A stretch of DNA of 55,411 nucleotides, counting the filler, from Dimargaris cristalligena (taxonomy: Eukaryota): NCBI GenBank assembly GCA_003614675.1. It is 2 parts of 2 records of this genome, joined end to end, with 100 filler letters (N's around TTAATTAATTAA, not from the genome) between each part and the next. Parts side by side here need not be neighbours in the genome. Positions count along the whole stretch, not along the records: positions 27,761 to 55,411 come from ML002515.1; 1 more part is not named here. One strand, written 5' to 3'. A program made the position numbers and the translations under genes. Shown piece by piece: positions 49,059 to 55,411 of this stretch. The notes under the pieces are model-generated. The model worked only from the letters and a program-made list of their open reading frames with translations, did no database searches and was not told the origin of the DNA. Numbering within the stretch: position 1 is the first letter of the stretch; the number at the start of each line of letters is the position of its first letter.

Positions 49059-49894
<836 letters not shown>

Positions 49895-49956
49895 GGTGAG
49901 TTGAACGGGAAGACTAGTCGAGAAGTAGGAGGGTGAGGGCGGCTACTTTTTTTAAG

Positions 49957-49977
49957 ATATATATATATATATATATA
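49957..49977. repeat. (AT)n microsatellite
   Basis: About 10 AT units directly upstream of the AMMECR1 start; a similar tract lies near 51739-51757 in CAP2 intron 1. Confidence 0.9.
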
Positions 49978-50730
49978 CGTATTTTAAAGAATAAATCCTG
50001 CTAAGCAGCGGAATGGAAGGACGGGGTTAGCTCGAGAATTGAAAAGAAATGCAAGCCGAGTCAATTCAAGCGAGCCGAGCTCGAAGGTAGCCGACGACTA
50101 CGGAAATGCGTGGGTGACTAATTGATTGGCTGGCGGTGGGATATAAGGGTAATGCAGGTGGGAAACACCATCATTTGGTATTTTTCCTCCTGTCCGTCCT
50201 GGGAAGGCCCATCATCCATTCCACCTGCCTTAACAATACGACAGTGGTATCCAACGCCACCCAAAGGCAGGTGCTTGCTTCTCAAGGAGGAGGGGGTTTG
50301 CCGGCTGGGCTTGGGCAGCTCACCATTCCATTAGCTGGTAGGGAAGGAGAAAATGCCAGGTCAGGTGTAAGGTTACGCGGCTACATTGCCGCATTGTGTC
50401 CTCCACCTCGTATAGTCAAATGTGCAAAGGCCAGTTTCAGGTACAGCACGTTCACCTGGAACCGGAAGTTTAATCCGAGTATCTAAAGACCGGCGTGGGC
50501 CATTTTAAATCTGGGTGGATATCCCGAAGTGGATGAAACATCTATCGACTGAGCTACCTGTGAATTTATTACAAATAGAGCCCCAATCGGCACCAACTAT
50601 ACCCGGGGGGGGGTTTGTAGGAAAAGGGTGGGAAGAAGGGGGTACGCATACCATGCCGAACCGCCGATTCCTAAAAGAGGAAGCCAGGGTGGTTAAAACC
50701 CTGTCAAGGCAGATGAAGTGTGGTTGGTCA

Positions 50731-51931
50731 TCACGACATCCGTCCGCTGAGTTTACTGAACAGTTCTTGGTGCATTGCGGCCTGCCGGCGTGAATCATCG
50801 ATGGAACCAGCGGCACGCAGCTCGTTGACCACATCTTTGGTTTTGCCGAAATAGACCTCCTTGAGCGAGTTGCGCATTTTGATTTCCATTTCTTCTATCA
50901 TCCGGCCCATGTTGGCGATATGATCGGATGGATCCGAAATCTGGTAATCCTTCTCGTCCTATTAATAGGTGGGAGAAATAAGGTAAGGTAAGGCTCATTT
51001 GGTATTAGTCATCTGATCACGGTGAGAGATAAAAATAGCAAGGAAGGGGGAGGATACTAAATTGGATTGAACGAAGGGAGGATACCAGATTGGATTAAAT
51101 AGTGAGGATGCTATTATATATTAGATTTACCTGCTGGGTCATGTTGCCGGACAGATTCATGCTGCCGAGCTCTTCCCGGTTGGTGATGGTATAGAGCATG
51201 ATGGTGGAGGTGAGTTTGTACTGGGCGTAGCGGCCCTTCTCGACGACCTGCACCACATGGATGGAGTCCCAGGCACCCTTCATGAGCTTAGCGGTGTCAT
51301 TTACCTTTTTGATCAAAAAGGCGCCGGCAAACCCGTCGCTCAGGTCCCAGAGGTACACGGAGGACACGCCGCCCTCGAAATAGAGTTCCCGGTAGGTGTT
51401 GAAGGCTTCGTTGGCCACCACCTCGAGTTCCCGGATGCGGGCGGGCGGGCGGTTGGCATCCTCCAGGGGAGGGTCGAATTCATCGGACCAGGGGGAGCGG
51501 TAGGAATCGCCGTCCCGGTTGTAGTCGCAGACAATGTATTCCTTGCCGGTTTGGTGGCATTTCTGGATGCGCAGGGGCTGGTCCACGGCCGAAAGCAACT
51601 CCTCGGTCAGGTCAGGGACGATTTCGAGCAAGTTGGCTAGATTCTCTTCGATGTTCTGCGGAGGCAACCGCCTCATTAGGTCCAGGGCACAGTCAATAGG
51701 TTCCGCCTACCAAGGCACGGGGGAAATAGAACACACGCATATATATATATATATATACGCATACACATGGGCAGAGCGAATGGGTCAAACTAAATTACAT
51801 TGCTTAAGGGCGGAGTCATTGGACTTGTCTGAATTACCCTGCTGAAATTAAGAGCATTCCCAAAAAGGTGAGCGAGTAAACGGGAATGCCTCCTTGTGGT
51901 GGAGGAGCATACGGAAGGGGGGACGTACCAT
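50731..51931 (-). CDS. CAP2: F-actin capping protein beta subunit, 3 exons, about 268 aa
   Basis: ATG-only first coding exon 51931-51929 (donor GTACGT), then exons 51706-51131 and 50958-50731; [70 protein letters not shown]. Confidence 0.96.
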
Positions 51932-53981
51932 GTTGGAGTCGGTAGAGATGGATGGAGGGGAATGGGGAGAGTGGGCGAAGAGTCGGACAATGCGGGAAAG
52001 CACTTGAGAGCAACACTGGAGAAAGGGTGGGGGATTAGGGGAAAACTGAAGCTTCCCCTCCTTCCTTCAAAGGGCCCCCCGCCCTCTCTGTCGCCTGGCT
52101 CCAAGGTCTTGGCGTAGGCTATTCAGTATAGGTTTAGCGGACCATATAGGTAAATTTTTGAATCCCCGTAGTGCTTTGGTAAATTACCTACTCTCGTGTG
52201 GGACAGAGGAGTGGGGCCTTCCGCCTGCCGCCTACTACGCGGGGAGGGGCTCGGACTGTGTTATTATAGCCTTCATTATATCCCGGACGTGGGGCAGTGA
52301 GAGTCTATGGAATTAACGGGATGTATATACTATACTATACTAATTTACTAATACGCCATTTCCTCATCATCGACTTTCCCCCCAAAGTCAGCAATACGAC
52401 TCTGGCGTTTTATATACAGGGATGATATCCTGAGGAATATAGAGGAAAAGGAGAGAGGCATATGCGTGAGTAGCTGTGATGGGAGTGTGAATGTAGATGA
52501 AAGCGGCCGCTGTGCTGTTCACCATTCCCTACCAAGAACAGCGAGGCCAGTAAGCGATGCGCCTTTTTCATCTACCTATTGTGGCAATAGAGGGGGATCC
52601 CACTGACAGCGAGTGAATGGCATTCCTCGTCCGCATCCAATGATAATATAGATGCCTATTGGCGTGGAGGAGGCTGGGATTTACCTCCTTCTAGCCTATG
52701 GCGGAGTTATTAGTGGGCCTTTTCACTGGACGAGCCGCCTAATCCCCCCGTACTCTACTTGGCATACTGACAAAAACCAAATGTCCTACATTATTTTATC
52801 TACTGAAGGTCAGAAGTGGTTAGCAATCCAAGTTTTGTTGTGAATGGAAGCAGAAATGGTGATAATCTACTTATTTGCCTTACTCTCGCCCATCACCTTA
52901 CTTAATAACCACCGCCTCGTTGCGTTGAAACCGTTCAATTCTCAGATATCACAGGCTGCTAGTCCTCAAACATACCTAGCTGATATTCGCACAATACTGT
53001 TCTTGCGGCGCCGTTTTGTTGTTGTTGTTACTGTTGCTGTTATAGCGCTGGTAGGGGTGGTGGCGATGATGATGGCCTTCTTGATCGCCCCAAAGAACCT
53101 ACATAAATTCGGAATGGGTGGCTCCCCACTGGTTGACCACTCTTAGTAGTAAAACCCGGGACTTATTCTAGTTCTGAGTTCACACCTCTCAGCAGCTCGC
53201 TGTCGGACGACCTTGTAGGGAAGAAAAGAGGCGATAGTAAAAACGGCCGGGGCTAATAGGGAGGGCAAATTAAAATAGACAAGGGGACAATGGTCCAAGG
53301 CAGGGAGAGACAATGCGGTGCTGACCAACCGCCGTGCGTGTTTCCTCGTTCCCTCCGCACCACTGATGACAATGTGTCCTCTGGGTCTATTGTATTGTGC
53401 GCCTTTTTTTAGGGCACGAATGGGGTGGTGGGCATATAGCATATAGCATTGACACACAAACACCTATTTTTAACCCCCCTGTCAGTGTATGCGCATTGCT
53501 GTGGGGCTGGTTTATAAACTAATGTTGCCCCGCTTCCCTCTGACTAGACGCTTTTTAGTCCCGCAAGGCTCTCTGACTCTCTTCTCTCTTTCTCTTCTCA
53601 CTTGGCCTCTTATTACTTTTCTTACTTAGCCTTTTCCTATTTTTCGGCTCGTTCCTGGCTCCGTTTTACAAGCTTTTCCTGCACGTTCGTTCGTTCGTTC
53701 GTTTAACCGCCGGCGCCCCTGTCGCTATCGGCTGCTCTCTGGTGCTGCTGATCCACTCCGGACCCCTTCTTATAACCCCCTCCCTCTTCACTACCCCTTC
53801 CTTATCAATGTCTGCTTAGCGCTCCTAGCCTAGTCTAGCCTACCCTCCCTACTTTCTTTTGAGCTCACCATCCTTTCATTGTTAGAGTATCCTATCATCC
53901 CACTCATTCTCACGTCTGCATAGTCCGTGTGTCTTTTCCCCTTTCCTTACTTCTTCCTCTCCCCTTTTTCATCCCCCTGCC

Positions 53982-55411
53982 ATGGGTAAACGAGGCAACT
54001 CCCGCACCAACGACCCCTTGGCCGCTGGTGAGGCCTGCGAGGACCTGTCCCAGCTGTCCTCCAGCGCCAACGAGGCCACCGTCACTCAGGCCCTCCGCCA
54101 GCTCGCTTCCCAGGACCGGCCCTATGTTCATATCCAGCCCTCCGTCCTAGTGGCTGTCAACCCCAACCCCGCCCTGCCCATCTTTGACGAAACCACCAAT
54201 CAGTTCTATGTCGAGCAGTGCTATCGGGTTTTTGACCCCCAGCTTAAGCAAAACGTGCTTCCGCACGCCTTCCAGACCGCCGCCCGCGCCTATTTCCATC
54301 TCCGCCGTCTAGGCCAGGACCAGTCCATTGTCCTCTCCGGTATGGCCGGCTCCGGCAAGTCCCAGTCCTACCGGCATATCATCAACCAAATCTGCTCCCT
54401 GGCCACCCACGCTAAGAAGGAGCAAAAAAGTCATACCCAGCTGCATAACACCCTCACCGTGCTCGAGGCCTTTGGTAACGCCGGCACCATGTACAGCTCT
54501 AATTCTACCCGCTACGGGATGTTCCAGGAAATCCAGTTCAACGAACGGGGGCGGGTCATCGGTGCCAAAACCCTGACCTACTCTTTGGAACGTTTCCGTG
54601 TTACCAATGTGCCCACCAACGAGCGCAACTTCCATATCTTCTACTACCTGCTGCAGGGCTCCTCCGCCCAGGAACGGAGTACCTACCAGCTCCATGACGC
54701 CGCCCATTTCCGGTACATGACCCCCATGGCCGATGTCGCCAAGAGCCGCTTCTCGCGGACCAGCTACATCGAAACCGACCACAGCGACAAATCCACCAAG
54801 CTGGAGGACCTCAAGGCCGCCCTGCGCGCCGTGGGCCTCAAGTCCCGTCTCCAGACCCAAATGTTCCAGCTATTGGCCGGTATCCTGCACCTGGGTAATA
54901 TCGAATTCGACGAGGCGGAGAACGCTCAGGAGTCGGCTTCCATCCGCAACCCTGAGGTGCTGGCCACTGTGGCCAATTTCCTAGGGGTAAATGCTGCCAC
55001 ACTGGAAGGGGCCCTGACCTACAAGACCAAATTGGTCGGTAGTGAGTTGTGCACCGTGTTCCTGAACCTGGAGGCTGCCGAAAAGCAGCGGGACGCCCTC
55101 GCTCGCGTGCTCTATTCCCTCATGTTCACCTGGTTGGTGGAATACATCAACAAGCGCTCTTGCCACGACTCCCCCGCCAACTTTATCGGTGTGTTGGACC
55201 AGTACGGTTTCCAGGCCAATCCCCTGAATCGGTTTGAGAATTTCTGCGTCAATTTCGCCAATGAGAAGCTCCATCACTATGTACTGACCGATATCATGGC
55301 GGATGACTCCGCCCTCAACGATGAGATTGTCTGTGACGGCATCCCCCTGCCCCAAGTAGCCTACTTGCCCCTGCTAACCAGCTACGGGCTATTCCAGGGC
55401 CCCCAGGGTTT
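53982..55411 (+). CDS. Myosin-motor-domain protein, probably a class V/VII chitin synthase; 3'-partial and absent from the ORF track
   Basis: Open from ATG 53982 to the window end: EDLSQL, VLVAVNP, PHAF..AARAY, QDQSIVLSGMAGSGKS, LEAFGNA, NSTRYG, ERNFHIFYYLL, ILHLGNIEF, RDALARVLYSLMFTWLVEYIN, DQYGFQ, FCVNFANEKL. The divergent motifs are typical of chitin-synthase-fused motors; the synthase domain itself would lie outside the window. Confidence 0.85.
   Translation, partial: MGKRGNSRTNDPLAAGEACEDLSQLSSSANEATVTQALRQLASQDRPYVHIQPSVLVAVNPNPALPIFDETTNQFYVEQCYRVFDPQLKQNVLPHAFQTAARAYFHLRRLGQDQSIVLSGMAGSGKSQSYRHIINQICSLATHAKKEQKSHTQLHNTLTVLEAFGNAGTMYSSNSTRYGMFQEIQFNERGRVIGAKTLTYSLERFRVTNVPTNERNFHIFYYLLQGSSAQERSTYQLHDAAHFRYMTPMADVAKSRFSRTSYIETDHSDKSTKLEDLKAALRAVGLKSRLQTQMFQLLAGILHLGNIEFDEAENAQESASIRNPEVLATVANFLGVNAATLEGALTYKTKLVGSELCTVFLNLEAAEKQRDALARVLYSLMFTWLVEYINKRSCHDSPANFIGVLDQYGFQANPLNRFENFCVNFANEKLHHYVLTDIMADDSALNDEIVCDGIPLPQVAYLPLLTSYGLFQGPQG

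Noticed and set aside
53560-53981. Pyrimidine-rich tract with (CGTT)n near 53684
   Set aside because: Typical fungal promoter or 5'-UTR low-complexity sequence ahead of the myosin-motor gene

Overview
Eukaryotic, intron-containing fungal DNA: GT-AG introns of about 160-330 nt, a myosin-motor gene of chitin-synthase type, and a peroxisomal acyl-CoA oxidase. Gene content and style suggest an early-diverging fungus, possibly Zoopagomycota; this is inference only. A 100-nt assembly spacer (N44-TTAATTAATTAA-N44) near the centre means the two halves may not be truly adjacent. The left half is gene-sparse and accessory-like: a candidate 60-aa CaaX lipopeptide precursor, an ABCG half-transporter, an orphan two-exon gene, a secreted 28-aa tandem-repeat protein full of RxxTxP motifs, a 4-exon acyl-CoA oxidase, a divergent HSP20-like gene, a Ty3/Gypsy gag-like ORF, and CpG-depleted or TpA-rich decayed DNA. 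The right half is gene-dense and housekeeping: a PA-TM-RING E3 ligase, a highly structured apparently intronic H/ACA-type RNA, PRP40, Rsa1/NUFIP1-like, ALKBH8-like, ZNG1/CobW, a secreted lysozyme/GH19-like protein, NOL7/Bud21-like, AMMECR1, capping protein beta, and the 5' part of the myosin-motor gene. Exon structures were derived by hand from splice sites and reading-frame phase. No database searches were run.
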